A stretch of 64,000 nt of DNA, from assembly GCF_000143415.4 (NCBI RefSeq), contig NW_003314262.1:344610-408609 (forward strand). Reading direction: 5' to 3'. This document shows, one piece after another, positions 48,751-61,400 of this stretch. The DNA is from Selaginella moellendorffii (lineage: Eukaryota; Plantae; Lycopodiophyta). The position numbers were made by a program, and so were the translations under genes. The notes under the pieces were generated by a model, which saw only the letters and a program-made list of their open reading frames with translations, was not told the DNA's origin and searched no databases. Within the stretch, counting starts at the first letter, position 1, and each line of letters starts with the position of its first letter.

Positions 48751-51700
48751 AATATCAATTTGCAAAGTTGAGCAAGTGGCATATGTTGGGACCTGAAGGT
48801 GCGCCGAAGGTAAGCTAATTAGCATGGGTTTGCTAGGTCGACCAGGCGTAAGGCACTACGCCCGACTCCCTATGGGGATGTCGAATCCGTAGACGTATTC
48901 TACGGAGGTTTTGTTCGAGTCCCAACCCCCTAGTAAAGCAAGGCTGGGTTCAAGTCCCAACCCCATACTAGGGTGTGGTGAGGTGAGGGGTATAGGGACA
49001 CCTATATTCCGTTGTCATGGGCTCTTGGCCGGGGAGGCTAACTTAGGCACACCGCTAAGTGGGGGGATGCCCCCGGAGACATGGTCAACAAGTCGTAGGA
49101 TAAAAAGAGAAGTTTGATGTGGGCATCGAACTTCTTCTATGGGTGGTGGAGTTGTAAAGAACAGACTCCCCGAGATGTTGTAGGCTAAAGGATCCCCGAA
49201 AGTATGACCAAAATGACAAAGAGTTCATCGGATGGGACCAAGTTGAAGATTGAGTCCAAGACCGACTCTGAGACTGAGTTTGAGATAGAGTCCAGGATCG
49301 AGCCGAGGCCGAATCAGAGACCGAGATCGAGACCGAGTTCGAGACGGAGTCCGAGATCCAAATCGGGTCCAAGACCGAGTCCGAGGTCGAGTCCGAAGTT
49401 GAGTCCGAGATCGGGTCCGAGATCGAGTCCGAGATTGAGTCCGAGACCGAATCCAAAGTTGGGTCCAAGATCGAGTCCGAGATCGAATTTGAGACTAAGT
49501 CCAAATACTAATACGGGTCAAGGGGTGAAAGCCCAAAGTGTGTGTCTCCCGGGGGGGGGGGGGGGGCTGCAGGGGGTTCCAAAAGTATAGTAGGGGTAGT
49601 GAGGTCCAGGAACCAGTCTTGAAGGAACTCTCCAGTGATGCTTCCAAACTGACTTGAGGTTAAGACTGGGGCCGAGGGGCCTTGGGTGGGAGTGAGCATG
49701 GGCTTGGGTGGTGCTGGAGGGGCCACCCAAGGAAGTGCTCAAGAGCAGCTCCCACTCCCAAAAGGGAAACCGACTGCGGTGCTCCCGGCTCATGTGGAGT
49801 GGTGCCCCACTTGAGTACCTTGTGGCTCATTGGTCCTCGCCCTTCCTAGGGGCTTGGGCCTTCCCTTCGGGATGGAAGTGGGGGGGTAGAGGTACCCATA
49901 CCGGGCTGTTAGGCCACGGTGTTTCGCCCCGATGTCCCAAAGCAAGTGTTGCACCCAAGGCTTGGGATTTAGAGGGTCCCATGATCAAGTCTTGTGGTAC
50001 TAAGGGGTGTTAGGAACCTGGAGGCTTGGTGTACTTGGCTGCTTGTGCCTGCAAGGAGTGTAGCCGAACCTTAAGTCCAATCTAACCTGGGGAGGGGGAT
50101 TGGGAGAGATTTGGGAATCCGTGGATGGATGGCTAACACTTTGTTGCTCGTGCAGTGAGTAGCTGAAACCAAGTAAGACCAAGTAAAAGTTGGTACAATA
50201 GGTGGGAACCTTGGCGAAGGAACTTAGCACAAGCCAAGGCAGTGTTGGTCGGATAGACGAGGTAAGCTAGCAAATTGGGAAGCTAAAATTTGTGGCTTAC
50301 ATCCATGCCGTCAGCAGTTGCTGTACTTGACGTTCAATGTCCACAAAATGCAAAGCAAGATTTGGCTTCTCTTGACAAGGTTCATGAAGTTCAAAAGATT
50401 GAGCTGTAAATTTGAAGGTTTTATGATAAGTTTGAGAATTTTGCATCACTTGCTGATGACTTGCCATTTTGTCATTTACATTCTCAATATCACTTTAAGG
50501 ACAATCTTCTTTATTTTTAGAGAACGGATCCTAATGATCATTTATGGCTGGTGGTGTCTTCAATCTTTATTTCACGCTTTCTATATGCCTACCATCATTC
50601 TCCTATTCTAGATTGGCATATAAGACATTGTCGTGTGACTGAGAAGTTACACAAGTCTTTTTATTGACCGAAAATGCAATGTAGCTGCATTTTGTGCCAA
50701 GCTTGTAATACTCCCTCTTGTACTACAAAAGGATGGTTGGAGTCAATTGTAGTTTCCCATCTATTTGAGTTGGTGGTGTTTAATTTAATGGGACCTTTTC
50801 CACGATTGACTATTGGTAATGAGTATGTCATTATTGCTTCTGACTACTTAATTCATTGGATAAAAGTCAATGCTCTTACTAGCACGTCTACAATTGCTAT
50901 TGAATACTTCCTCCTCAATCGAGTGGTGTTCTAACATTCTTGTTTAGAGCGGATTCTTTCGGATAATGGTCCTACATTTATGGCTGAGGCATTTCATGTT
51001 TTGATGTCTCGGTTGGGGATACATCACACTTTCATGAATGCTTATCATCCATAGTTAGATTGTTTAGTTGAATAGTTCATTCTGACTTTCAAAGGGATGA
51101 TCGTGAAGTATATGAACTTTCAGCATTCGGACTAACATAGTTATTTATTGTCTCTTAGGTATGTATATATCATAAGGGTGCAGAGTTTTATTAGTGCTTC
51201 ACCATATAAAATTCTATATAATCATGATTCAATATTGCCAATAGAGTTGGGTTTACCTTTACAATTACCACAAGCTGTCGATGTTAAGTCATGGGATCAG
51301 TATTTGAAGAGTATTCTTCCATTTATCCAAGTAGAGTCTACTGAGCACCTGAGCCACATATAAGTGGGACAACAACAGTCCTACAACTCCCATCATTGTC
51401 CACCTATAGAGTACAAAATGGATGACTTAGTGTTAATTTGTTTTCCTAATCTTATAGTATATGGTTTCTCTAAGAGGCTTCTTGCTTAGTGAAAAGGTCC
51501 ATATTGAGTGTTGTGGTAAGTTGGACCACAAGTTTACAAGGTTCCATGTGACATCTAGCAAGCCAATCTTTCAAAAATTGTGCATGTGCAATAGCTGAAA
51601 TGCTTTGTACAAAGGGATTAGGAACAATTGGCACCACCTATAGATCCACTGATGCCTCCTCTTGATATTCTTCTAGATCTCAGCTCATCCATGAAAGAAC

Positions 51701-54336
51701 TTTGACAGTCTTCCATCATTCTAAGAAGAGGGTGTGAGACCCAAAACCCCTAGGCCCCAAAGTGGAGCCAAAAGGGTGCCATATGGTAGTGGCCAAAGCG
51801 AAAGCCAAACGAGCGTAACACGTTTGGACTAAAAGCTCTGACTTGAAAGGTCGAGCATGGGAGAGGAACTCTCAACAAAGTGCTCAAGGAACAAGCACGA
51901 AAGAAACAATAAGTGAGTCTCTAGAAAAGGGACACGAGATGGAGTCCGAGATAGACCTGAGATGGAGTCTCATGTGGACTCGAGATGGAGTCTGAGATGG
52001 AGTCCAAGGTGGACCAAGATGGAGTGCAAGATGGACCCAAGATGGAGTCCGAGGTGGACTGGGATGGAGTCCGAGATGGACCCTGAGATGGACCTGAGAT
52101 GGAGTCTGAAATGGACCTGAGATGGAGTCTGGGATGGAGTCCGAGATGGAACCGAGACCGGGACTGAGACCGAGATCTAGACCGAGACCGAGACCGAGTC
52201 CGAGTCCGAATCTGGGACCGAGACCGAGTCCAAGTCTGATTCCGAATCCAAGTCCAAGTCCGAATACTAATACAGGCAGTTGGGTGAAAGCCCAAAGCGA
52301 TCGTCCCTCAGGGAGGGGGGCGCTGCAAGGGGTTCCAAAAGTATAGTAGGGGGAGTTGGGGTTGGAGCCCAGTGGAGCCAGTTTGGCCAGGAAAGGCCAG
52401 TTTGGCCCAAAAAGGCCATACCCAACTGTTGGGTGATGGGATGACCACTGGGAAGTTCAATACTAGAGTGAATATGGACAGACAAGCAGATTAGCTTTGT
52501 GAAGTGTTCAAGAGCCGGCTCTAGTTCCCCCTGAAGATCGAATGGTCGATGCTCCCAATCCAAGTGTGGGTGGCACTACCTACTTAGATACTTGGTGTGG
52601 CTCAATGGAACCTTGCTCTAAGCCCATGGCTAGAGCACCCAAAGGCGGAAGGCAGGGAGAGTAACCAGGTGGCTCGTGTAAGGCCACGGTGTTCCAAAAT
52701 GTTGTCCCAAAGGCCCAAATTGTGGAAAGGAAGAAGAGCAGACCTCTAGCGTAGTGACTAAGGATACAGTCACATGGTGAGGAAGTCCCAGAGGACATTG
52801 GGACTTAGTGGTCGAGCCTGTGGGCCTTGACCCAGTAGCAGTGTCGGTGAACACGGCCATAGGTAGGATGGGACTTAGTGGGGACTGAAAGAGGGATATT
52901 GAGGAAGGATGTTCCCCTTGTCGGTGGGCATCCTAAGGATGCTAAGGAGTGGATCTGGGATGACCACTCATAGATGCTTGGCTCAGTCTTGGAGAGACAG
53001 GACTATGATGCAAGTGGTATTGGACCACCAGTGCGGCAAAGATGATTAGGCATGGCCTTAGCATAACAGGCTGCTATGTTGGTAGTACCTTTGAGTGTCG
53101 GTCATGGGATCGGACACGTGGAGCACTTGGACCAAGTGCAAAGGTTGAGTGGCAAGGATGCCATTCTCAGGGCTAGCCAGCCTCTAGTCCAGAATGGGAC
53201 TCATAGAGGTTGTGAGGGAGACTCCTCCAAGTGGTCGGAGGTGTGGTTAAGTGACTAAAGTAAAATGAAAAATTTAGTCACTTACAATTTGGTATCGAAG
53301 CTATTCCTTAGTCCAACTTTTATTAGTGCTCAAGTATATCACCACTGTTGTTGGCATTGGAAGGTCCTAGGAGTGGGCCTATCCTTGGGGAGTAGCAAGT
53401 TAGGAAGACATGGCTCTCCACTACGGTTCATGTGTGAAGTTGTATAGGCGAGGTGGTGGATAGAAAAGGGCCAATAATAGAACGACTTTGGGATCTTGGG
53501 AACAGTATAAGGGTTTCCTTAGGGAGTTGAGGATATGATCCAGATGAGCATTTGACTTAGCAGACTGGCTAATGTAATTGTGGTAAACAACTATAGTTGG
53601 GATCACGGGAAAGATAGAGATTCCAAAACAATAAAGGAGTCACAAGATTATCCTCATATGGTTGAGGTTGGTGCTCATGAATTTGAGATGAGAGCTAATG
53701 ACTATGGGAGGTCAAATACGGAAGAGGTCTCAAGTCCTTGAAATGGTAGCTGGGGCTACCTTGAATAAATGCTGGAACAACCCAAGGGTTGGGGGTGTAC
53801 TTAGAGATGAGTTGGTATTCTCATCCCATGGATAAGTAATCCTAAGGGGCAAAGGTAGCCCACAGAAAACAATCGAGTGTTGGAGTAACACTTGCAAAGA
53901 TGGTGCTTAGGAGTAGGACACGAATACATGAAATTGTATTCCAGCAAGCTGGCACCTCAAGATGAGACCTTGTGGGTCATTGGATTGGTAAAATCCAAAA
54001 ATGCTAGATGACTCAAGAGGAGTCAAAGAATGGTCCTAAGGGATTGGTAAAATCATTTGGACTGAGGTGTGTTGTGCCCCACGAAGATTAGAGAGGTTCA
54101 TAAGATCCAAGTGTGGGAACAATGAGTGTCTCATCAATGGCAAAATATGCTATACTAAAGTTTTGGGAAAAATGTTCCCAAAAGAAAACAACTTTGACAC
54201 AAAGTTGTGTATGACCTCTATTGTGCAGTGCTAATGGATGGTTGGCATGAGAAAGAACAATATTAGTCTTGGCAAAGACTTAAACACAAAGGAGAAGTGT
54301 CATAAAGTTAGGCTCGTGGAGCTGATGGTGTGGACA

Positions 54337-57300
54337 TGTCAAGACCCCCAACAAGATCAAGACTGGAAAATGCTAAAGACAAAGAGAAAAAGCTAGTGAA
54401 AACAAAGAAGAGGCCTTAGACTGGTGTTGATTCAGATTGTGGAGAAATGGAACAAGGCTAACCTATATATACTATAGGTTGATGAAGCTCCACCACTCTT
54501 GGATCGAGGACAGCCTAAATACAGCTGAGGTCGAGGAGGCGCCACATCATCATCAGGAATGTGGCTCGAGACTCAGGAATCGGGAAGTGTCTCGAGAGTC
54601 AGGAATAGGGAAGTGTCTCGAGAGTCAGGAATAGAGAAGTGTCTCGAGAGTCAGGAATGTGGTCTGCAGGTCAGGAATCCGGCGAGAGTCAGGAATGTGG
54701 CAAGAATTGGGGGATTCCTGACAGCACCCCCTCCTCAAGAACGAGTGGAATGAGGATGTGAACGAGAACGAAGAGGAGGATGAGATGAGCGGCGAGGGAG
54801 AATGAATCAAGTTGTCCGCAGGTTCCCAAGTGCGTTCCTCAGGTCCGTAACCCTTCCAGTCCACCAGATAGTAGAGTTTAGATCGTGAAATCTTGGAATC
54901 AAGGATGTCCTGAACCTCGTACTCAGACCCATCCTCGAGCTGCACTGGTGGAGGCGGAGGAATGACCCGATTTGGAATAGGACTGGGAATATAAGGCTCA
55001 AGGAGAGAGGAGTGAAAAACGGGGTGAATTTGATATGAGGAGGGAAGTGCAAGGCAATAAGTGACAGGATTAATGATGGCAGTGATAGGGAAAGGACCAA
55101 GGCGTTTGAAATCGAGTTTTGGACAGGGCCTGGTGGTGGAGATATTTCGCCTGAGGAGCCAGACTTTATCCCCGATATTGTAAGGGGGACAATCCTGACG
55201 ATGGACATTGGCAAATGTTTTATGAGATTTCTGAGCACGATGGAGGTGGAAGGAGATGGAGTTGTGGATTTCCTGAAGGTTGGAGAGAAATGATTCTGAG
55301 CGGGGATTTGAACGAGAGGATTCAGATGGAGAAGGAAGTGAGAGATTGAATCGGGGATTTCGGCCAGAGTTCGCAAAGAAGGGGGAAACTCGAAGAGAGG
55401 AGTGAACAGAGTTGTTATAGGAGAACTCAGCAAGGGGAAGGATATCGAACCAGTTATCCTGATGATAGTTGATGAAGCACCTCAAGAATTGTTCCAATGT
55501 CTGAATCGTTCGCTCGGACTGCCCATCAGTTTGAGGATGATATGCCGAAGAGAGGTTGGCCTTCACTCCAAGCAACTGCAAAAACCGTTGCCAGAAATGA
55601 GAGATGAACTGAGGCCCCCGATCCGAAACCACATCTGTAGGAATCCCATGAAGTCGGAAAATTTCCCTGAATACCAGTTTTGCCATGTCCTCGCCCGAAA
55701 ACTCCTTGGTACATGGCAAGAAGTGCGCCATCTTTGTGAAGCGATCCACCACGACTAAAATGCTGTTGAAGCCTCCAGAACTCGGAAGATCACTCAAGAA
55801 ATCCATGGAGATGGATTCCCAAGGACCTGAAGGGACCGGAACGGAACGAAGCAAACCTGAAGGAAGGTGGCGAGGTACCTTATTCCGGGCACAAGTGTCA
55901 CAGGAGGTAACAAAAGCTTTGATGTAGTCGTCCATCTGAGGCCACCAAAAGTCCCGTGCAACTAGCTCATAGGTTTTCGCAATGCCGAAGTGACCAGCAG
56001 TCGGGCTATCGTGGCACGCCATCAGGATCAACCTTCGAGCATCACCTTCAGGAACGTAAAGCTGCTCCCCACGGTACAATAAGCCATCTAAGAACTCGAA
56101 CTCGTCAAATCGCCGGCAGTCGGGAGTCACTGGGTGTCCAGCCTGAAGATGGGGAAAAATGTCGCTAGCGAGATCATCGGATTGAAGATCGTTTCTGATT
56201 GCATCCATCAAGGAGGAGTCCTGAGGGGCCAGGGAAATTGCCATAACTTGAAGCCAATCAGGACCGAGGATAACTTGATCCTGTTGATCGAAGGCAGGAT
56301 TACTAGGCCTGAGACTGAGATAGGAGCGCCTTGAAAGAGCATCAGGAAGGCCTTGAAACTTTCCAGGTCTGTACTTGATAACAAAGTCAAACCGACTCAG
56401 GAATTGTGCCCACCTTGCTTGACGACGGCTTAAAACTCGGGAAGTGGCAAAGTACTCGAGATTTTTGTGATCCGTCCAGACTGTTGTTTGATGGCTCGCC
56501 CCCTCCAAGAAACGGCGCCACTCTCCAAAGGAATCCATGATGGCAAGAAGCTCCTTGTCGTGGATTTCGTAATTGATCTCCGCAGGCTGGAATTTCCGAG
56601 AATGGAAAGCGACCGGATGAAGTTCGTGATCCGCTCCGAGTTGAGATAGCACAGCACCAATGGCAAAGTCGGAGGCGTCAGCCTCGATGAAGAAAGGTTG
56701 TGAGGAATCAGCATGGATCAAGACAGGAGCAGAACTGAAGGCCGCCTTGAGTGTGTCGAAAGCCTGCTGGGCAGCAGCAGACCAAGAGAAGGGAACATCC
56801 TTGCGAGTGAGATGTGTGAGAGGAAGGACAATGTCAGAGTAGTGATCAATGAATTTGCGGTAGAAGTTGGCAAAGCCAAGGAAAACCTGAACGTCTGACA
56901 TTGATTGTGGAGGCTCCCATTCGAGAATAGTCTTGACTTTTGCAGGATCCATCGTGATACCCTCAGGAGTGACAATGTACCCAAGGAACTCCACAGACTG
57001 CTGATCAAAGGAACATTTCTCAAGCTTCGCATATAGGCCGTGTTCTCGCAGCTTCGCTAGCACCTTGCGAACATGTTCGTCATGCTCCTCCTGAGTTTTT
57101 GAGTAGATGAGGATGTCATCGAGGTAGACGATCACCATCTGATCAAGAAACTCCCGAAAAACGTCGTTCGCCATGTGTTGGAAAACCGCTGGAGCATTTG
57201 TCAAGCCAAATGGCATGACAGTGTACTCGAAGTGGCCATAGCGGGTTCGGAACGCAGTCTTCCATTCATCACCAGGCCGGATCCGGATCAGGTTGTATGC

Positions 57301-58492
57301 TCCACGGAGGTCGATCTTGGTGAAGAAGCGGGCACCGTCGAGGCGTTCCAACAGGTCCGAGATCAGGGGCAGTGGATAACGGTTCCGAACAGTCACCTTG
57401 TTCAAACCTCGGTAGTCGATGACTAGCCGCAAGCTCCCATCCTTCTTCTTGACAAAGAAGACAGGCGCTTCAATCAGGGCCCGCTCATCCCACTGAGTGT
57501 CCAAGGCAAGGAGTTGGAACTCTGCAGCGTAGATCGAGGCAGGACGAGACCCCTGAGAGAGACGTCTCATCTTAGTGGTAGCAGCCCGAACCCGATCCGT
57601 CTCGCCAAAACATGCTTCGAGCTTCTCTTTGAACAATTGAAGATCCATCAGCTCCGGAACCACGACCCCTTTCATGCTCTTCTCCAGAAGAGGAGAAAAC
57701 CATGACAAAGCTGCACCCTCGAGCAACGTCCCAATCGCGCCGATTTGAGACTCGGGAGTGGGATACCGCCGATGTTGAAGTGCAAAGATCAGCTCCATTT
57801 GATTCAAAAATCCACGAAGCTCCGAACGCTTGCCTGAAAATTTCGCCGGGAAACTCACCTTCGGTTCAGGAACTTTGCTGGATCCTTGAGCCGAAAGTGA
57901 AGCAAGCTCCTGCTGCATGCGAAGAAGGGTCGCCTTCAGCTCGGTATTCTCAGACTGGATTTTTGCAAGGACTTCGGCAAAGAAATCAGGATGGCTTGGA
58001 GACTCCATTGGCAAGAAGAAAGAAAAGAAAGGGGGGAAAAGACAAAGGCAATCAAATAATCAAAACAAGCTAAAAGAAAAGCAAAAAGCTCAATCTGAAT
58101 CAAACTGTCAAGACCCCCAACAAGATCAAGACTGGAAAATGCTAAAGACAAAGAGAAAAAGCTAGTGAAAACAAAGAAGAGGCCTTAGACTGGTGTTGAT
58201 TCAGATTGTGGAGAAATGGAACAAGGCTAACCTATATATACTATAGGTTGATGAAGCTCCACCACTCTTGGATCGAGGACAGCCTAAATACAGCTGAGGT
58301 CGAGGAGGCGCCACATCATCATCAGGAATGTGGCTCGAGACTCAGGAATCGGGAAGTGTCTCGAGAGTCAGGAATAGGGAAGTGTCTCGAGAGTCAGGAA
58401 TAGAGAAGTGTCTTGAGAGTCAGGAATGTGGTCTGCAGGTCAGGAATCCGGCGAGAGTTAGGAATGTGGCAAGAATTGGGGGATTCCTGACA
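54337..58492 (-). mobile_element. Young chromovirus (Tcn1/Tf1-like, family E) nested in B
   Basis: Near-identical 387-bp LTRs 54337-54723 and 58106-58492; TSD GGACA/AGACA; PPT aggagggggtgc. Confidence 0.95.
54625..58014 (-). CDS. Gag(partial)-RT-RNase H-IN-chromodomain polyprotein lacking protease
   Basis: 1129-aa ORF; YLDD; ADASD; HHCC; YHPQTDGQSER; YEVQDILD...VDWKGY...TWEP; gag joined directly to APVFFVKKKDG. Confidence 0.9.
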   Translation of the reverse strand: MPMESPSHPDFFAEVLAKIQSENTELKATLLRMQQELASLSAQGSSKVPEPKVSFPAKFSGKRSELRGFLNQMELIFALQHRRYPTPESQIGAIGTLLEGAALSWFSPLLEKSMKGVVVPELMDLQLFKEKLEACFGETDRVRAATTKMRRLSQGSRPASIYAAEFQLLALDTQWDERALIEAPVFFVKKKDGSLRLVIDYRGLNKVTVRNRYPLPLISDLLERLDGARFFTKIDLRGAYNLIRIRPGDEWKTAFRTRYGHFEYTVMPFGLTNAPAVFQHMANDVFREFLDQMVIVYLDDILIYSKTQEEHDEHVRKVLAKLREHGLYAKLEKCSFDQQSVEFLGYIVTPEGITMDPAKVKTILEWEPPQSMSDVQVFLGFANFYRKFIDHYSDIVLPLTHLTRKDVPFSWSAAAQQAFDTLKAAFSSAPVLIHADSSQPFFIEADASDFAIGAVLSQLGADHELHPVAFHSRKFQPAEINYEIHDKELLAIMDSFGEWRRFLEGASHQTTVWTDHKNLEYFATSRVLSRRQARWAQFLSRFDFVIKYRPGKFQGLPDALSRRSYLSLRPSNPAFDQQDQVILGPDWLQVMAISLAPQDSSLMDAIRNDLQSDDLASDIFPHLQAGHPVTPDCRRFDEFEFLDGLLYRGEQLYVPEGDARRLILMACHDSPTAGHFGIAKTYELVARDFWWPQMDDYIKAFVTSCDTCARNKVPRHLPSGLLRSVPVPSGPWESISMDFLSDLPSSGGFNSILVVVDRFTKMAHFLPCTKEFSGEDMAKLVFREIFRLHGIPTDVVSDRGPQFISHFWQRFLQLLGVKANLSSAYHPQTDGQSERTIQTLEQFLRCFINYHQDNWFDILPLAEFSYNNSVHSSLRVSPFFANSGRNPRFNLSLPSPSESSRSNPRSESFLSNLQEIHNSISFHLHRAQKSHKTFANVHRQDCPPYNIGDKVWLLRRNISTTRPCPKLDFKRLGPFPITAIINPVTYCLALPSSYQIHPVFHSSLLEPYIPSPIPNRVIPPPPPVQLEDGSEYEVQDILDSKISRSKLYYLVDWKGYGPEERTWEPADNLIHSPSPLISSSSSFSFTSSFHSFLRRGCCQESPNSCHIPDSRRIPDLQTTFLTLETLLYS

Positions 58493-61400
58493 AGACACAC
58501 CGAATGTGCCAAGGCGTGATGCCTTGAGGTTAAGTTGGCGGGTTCATAAGAACCCCTTCCCAAAAGAATCCTAATGGAAATAGGAATGGCATAGCCTAAG
58601 CTGGAAGGCATGTGGTTGGAGTGTGGTGACCCAAATAATGATGGAGGTGTGGAAGCACCAGCAATGAGTTGTAGGACTTAACAACTATGAGGCAACTAAG
58701 CAAAAGGTGCAAAATAATTGGTTAAGTTGGTACAAGGTAACTACCCAAGATTTCTTATTGGGATAAGGAAGTTGAATATACCCTTACGGAGGATAAATTG
58801 CTTATGTTGCAATATGGTAAGTCAATGTCATAAAAGGAAATACTCATTGTCAAGAAAGCCATCATTGGGACACCCAAACACTCTAGAACATTAGAAGGTG
58901 GTGGTTAGTGTTGCAAGAGGAATAAATAAAGCCCAAGGGACTAAGTCCCTAGCGAATGATGGATAGAAGGTGCTATCCAAATGTCCAAGGTTGCGAAGAC
59001 AGGAGAAGACTATCTACCTGAATTGAAAAAAGCCAAAAATGGAATTTTGGCAAGGCTAGTGATGAGCATGTAAAGGCCCATAAGCAATAACGTTAATCCC
59101 GGTATGTGGGATTATAAAGTGAGCATACCTGGATATAGGAGCCACTTCCTAGGCTATTAGGTAGGTTCATCCCTAAGAATACTTGCTAAGGCATGATAGA
59201 AAGTGCAAAGCTATCCTCCTAGTTTGGAGGAGAATGACAAAAGGAAAGGTGTGAAGCCAAAAGCAAGTAGTAAGGGGATAAAACCAAACCACAAGAATCG
59301 AAGGGCATAACCAAGGCTGGTTATGTTAGTTGAGAATGGAGAATCAAATGGGGGCTCGAGGGTGTTGTTGCTAACAACCGTGATGCCATGGAAAGTCTAA
59401 AATATGGAATTATCCATGTTAGACTATATAGCAACTAGAAAACTTGTAAAAAGGGAGGCCTTAGCAAACTAAGGGACAGAGTTCCTTCAAGGTTCCCAAA
59501 AACGATTATAGGTAGCTTAGTACCTAGAAAGGCCAAGTGTAAATAGTTCACGGAACACGCAAAATTAGAGTGGCACAGCAGAAGCATGGTCTTGGAGCTT
59601 GCCATGAAGCGAGGCTATCAAGTTTAGGGAAGTAGTTCCCGAATGTTCAAAGAGAGGGCTTTGAACGAAAATCGATGGTCAAGGACTTTCACGCTTATGC
59701 ATGAACCATGTTACAGTGGTCGGAAGACTTGCCAAGCGAGATTGGCAAGTCAGGGGAACAAATACCCTAGTTGAAGGTGATAACTTCAAAAAGGGTGGGC
59801 CATGGGGCCAGGCATGGAGGAGTCCATGCATGATCACAAACTTGTCAAGTGAGAGGATTTGGTAGTGTGGAGGAACCAGGTTCCTAAACTGTGATCTATA
59901 GCGCACTTTGAGTAAAAGTTGGTGCATTGGCGTGGACAGTCACACCAGGCATCCTGGATGATGCCGTCTATAGATGCATATACGAAGGTTGGGTTCGAGT
60001 CCCGACCCTCTAGTGCTTGAGTTTGAGTCCCAACTCACTAGGGCATGGTGATAGTTTGGAATATGAGGACTCTCAAGTGTGGGGGATGACCCCGGGGGCA
60101 TAGTCAATAAGTTAAAGGTCTGGAAGACCTAGTACCTATTGGCAAATTTGTTAAGGTGTCAAAATTATATCATTAGGTGATCGTATGGCTAAACAAAGAC
60201 GAGGTCCTTATGAGGTTAAGGAACAAAGTTCCTAGTTCAAAGTGTTGATTCGAACTATTGATAATGGTGTGGCTTAGTCAAAGTGACCAAGTGGGAAAGA
60301 CACCTAAAGGAAATGAACTACGACAATACAATAGTATTGTGAGTTCAAGAAAATAATCTCTAGGAGAGACCTATGAGAAGGTCACAAAGTTGGGCTGTGG
60401 AAGGGGCTATACCAAAAAATGCTAAAGAGACCTACTAGGGGTGAGCACCCTCTGGACTTGGCAAAGTGGAGCTTTGCCATGGAACCAAAAGAATACCTCA
60501 AGATGGGAGGTAGTGATCCTGTGTTGCTTGATGCAACAATCAACGGATAGGAGCAAAAGACTAGTGGCCAAATTTAGGCTATGGAATTTAATGGAAGGAA
60601 TCCAAATGGCAAAGTTAGCCAAGGAACAATAATATGTTTGATGCTAACGGATTGCGGGAAAGGAAGTGGACTTCCAAGGATGGATTCCCAAGTGCTCCAA
60701 TTTAGCGAAGTAAAAGCTCCAAGTGAGGGAGCGGCAAAGTAGCCAAAAGATAAGGCCATGGATAGCCCTGACACAAATGATGATAATTGGAACGTAGTGC
60801 CAATGGTGGCACAAAATAGAAAAGAGGATGATAGTGCCCTCAAATAGAGAACTTCCTACGATGGGGAAGTGGAGATGCACAAAATGTGCAAAGCAAGGTG
60901 TTGGAGACACCTAGGAAATTGACTCCAAGAAGTCAAAATTAAAAGTTCCAAAGTGCAGAAGTTATATCAATGGGAATTGAGACTATTCAAGAATAAGTAA
61001 TGGGATTGAGTTAGAGAAGGTGTCTCTAATAGGTTGAGTGAGAACTAAACCAATCAAAGAGAGCAAACCACCCCAGATGGTCGAATGAGTCTCTATGTTA
61101 GAGGGACTATGCTCCTTAGAGGATGGACAAGGCATGGTGAGCCTTTGGTGTCAAACCATTGACGAATATAGAGAAGGTATGGTGAGCCTTCAATGTCAAA
61201 CTGTAGACAAATATTAGCTGGGTGCCAAAGATGGAAATGGTAACACATGCGGGTGTTATTTTATAAAATGGTTTACAGTTCGATAAGGACATTGAACTTC
61301 GTCTATGGGTGGTGGAGTTGTGAGACCCAAAACCCCTAGGCCCCAAAGTGGAGCCGAAAGGGTGCTATGTGGTAGTGGCCAAAACGAAAGCCAAACAAGC

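Larger units (their letters stand above)
42900..50301 (+). mobile_element. Full-length chromovirus (Ty3/gypsy, family D)
   Basis: LTRs 42900-44056 and 49153-50301; TSD TCCAT; PBS TGGTATTGGAGC at 44060; PPT gggtggtggag. Confidence 0.95.

Noticed and set aside
41683-52346. RS/SD-repeat ORFs
   Set aside because: Translations of CCGAGT/GAGATG hexamer repeats inside LTRs
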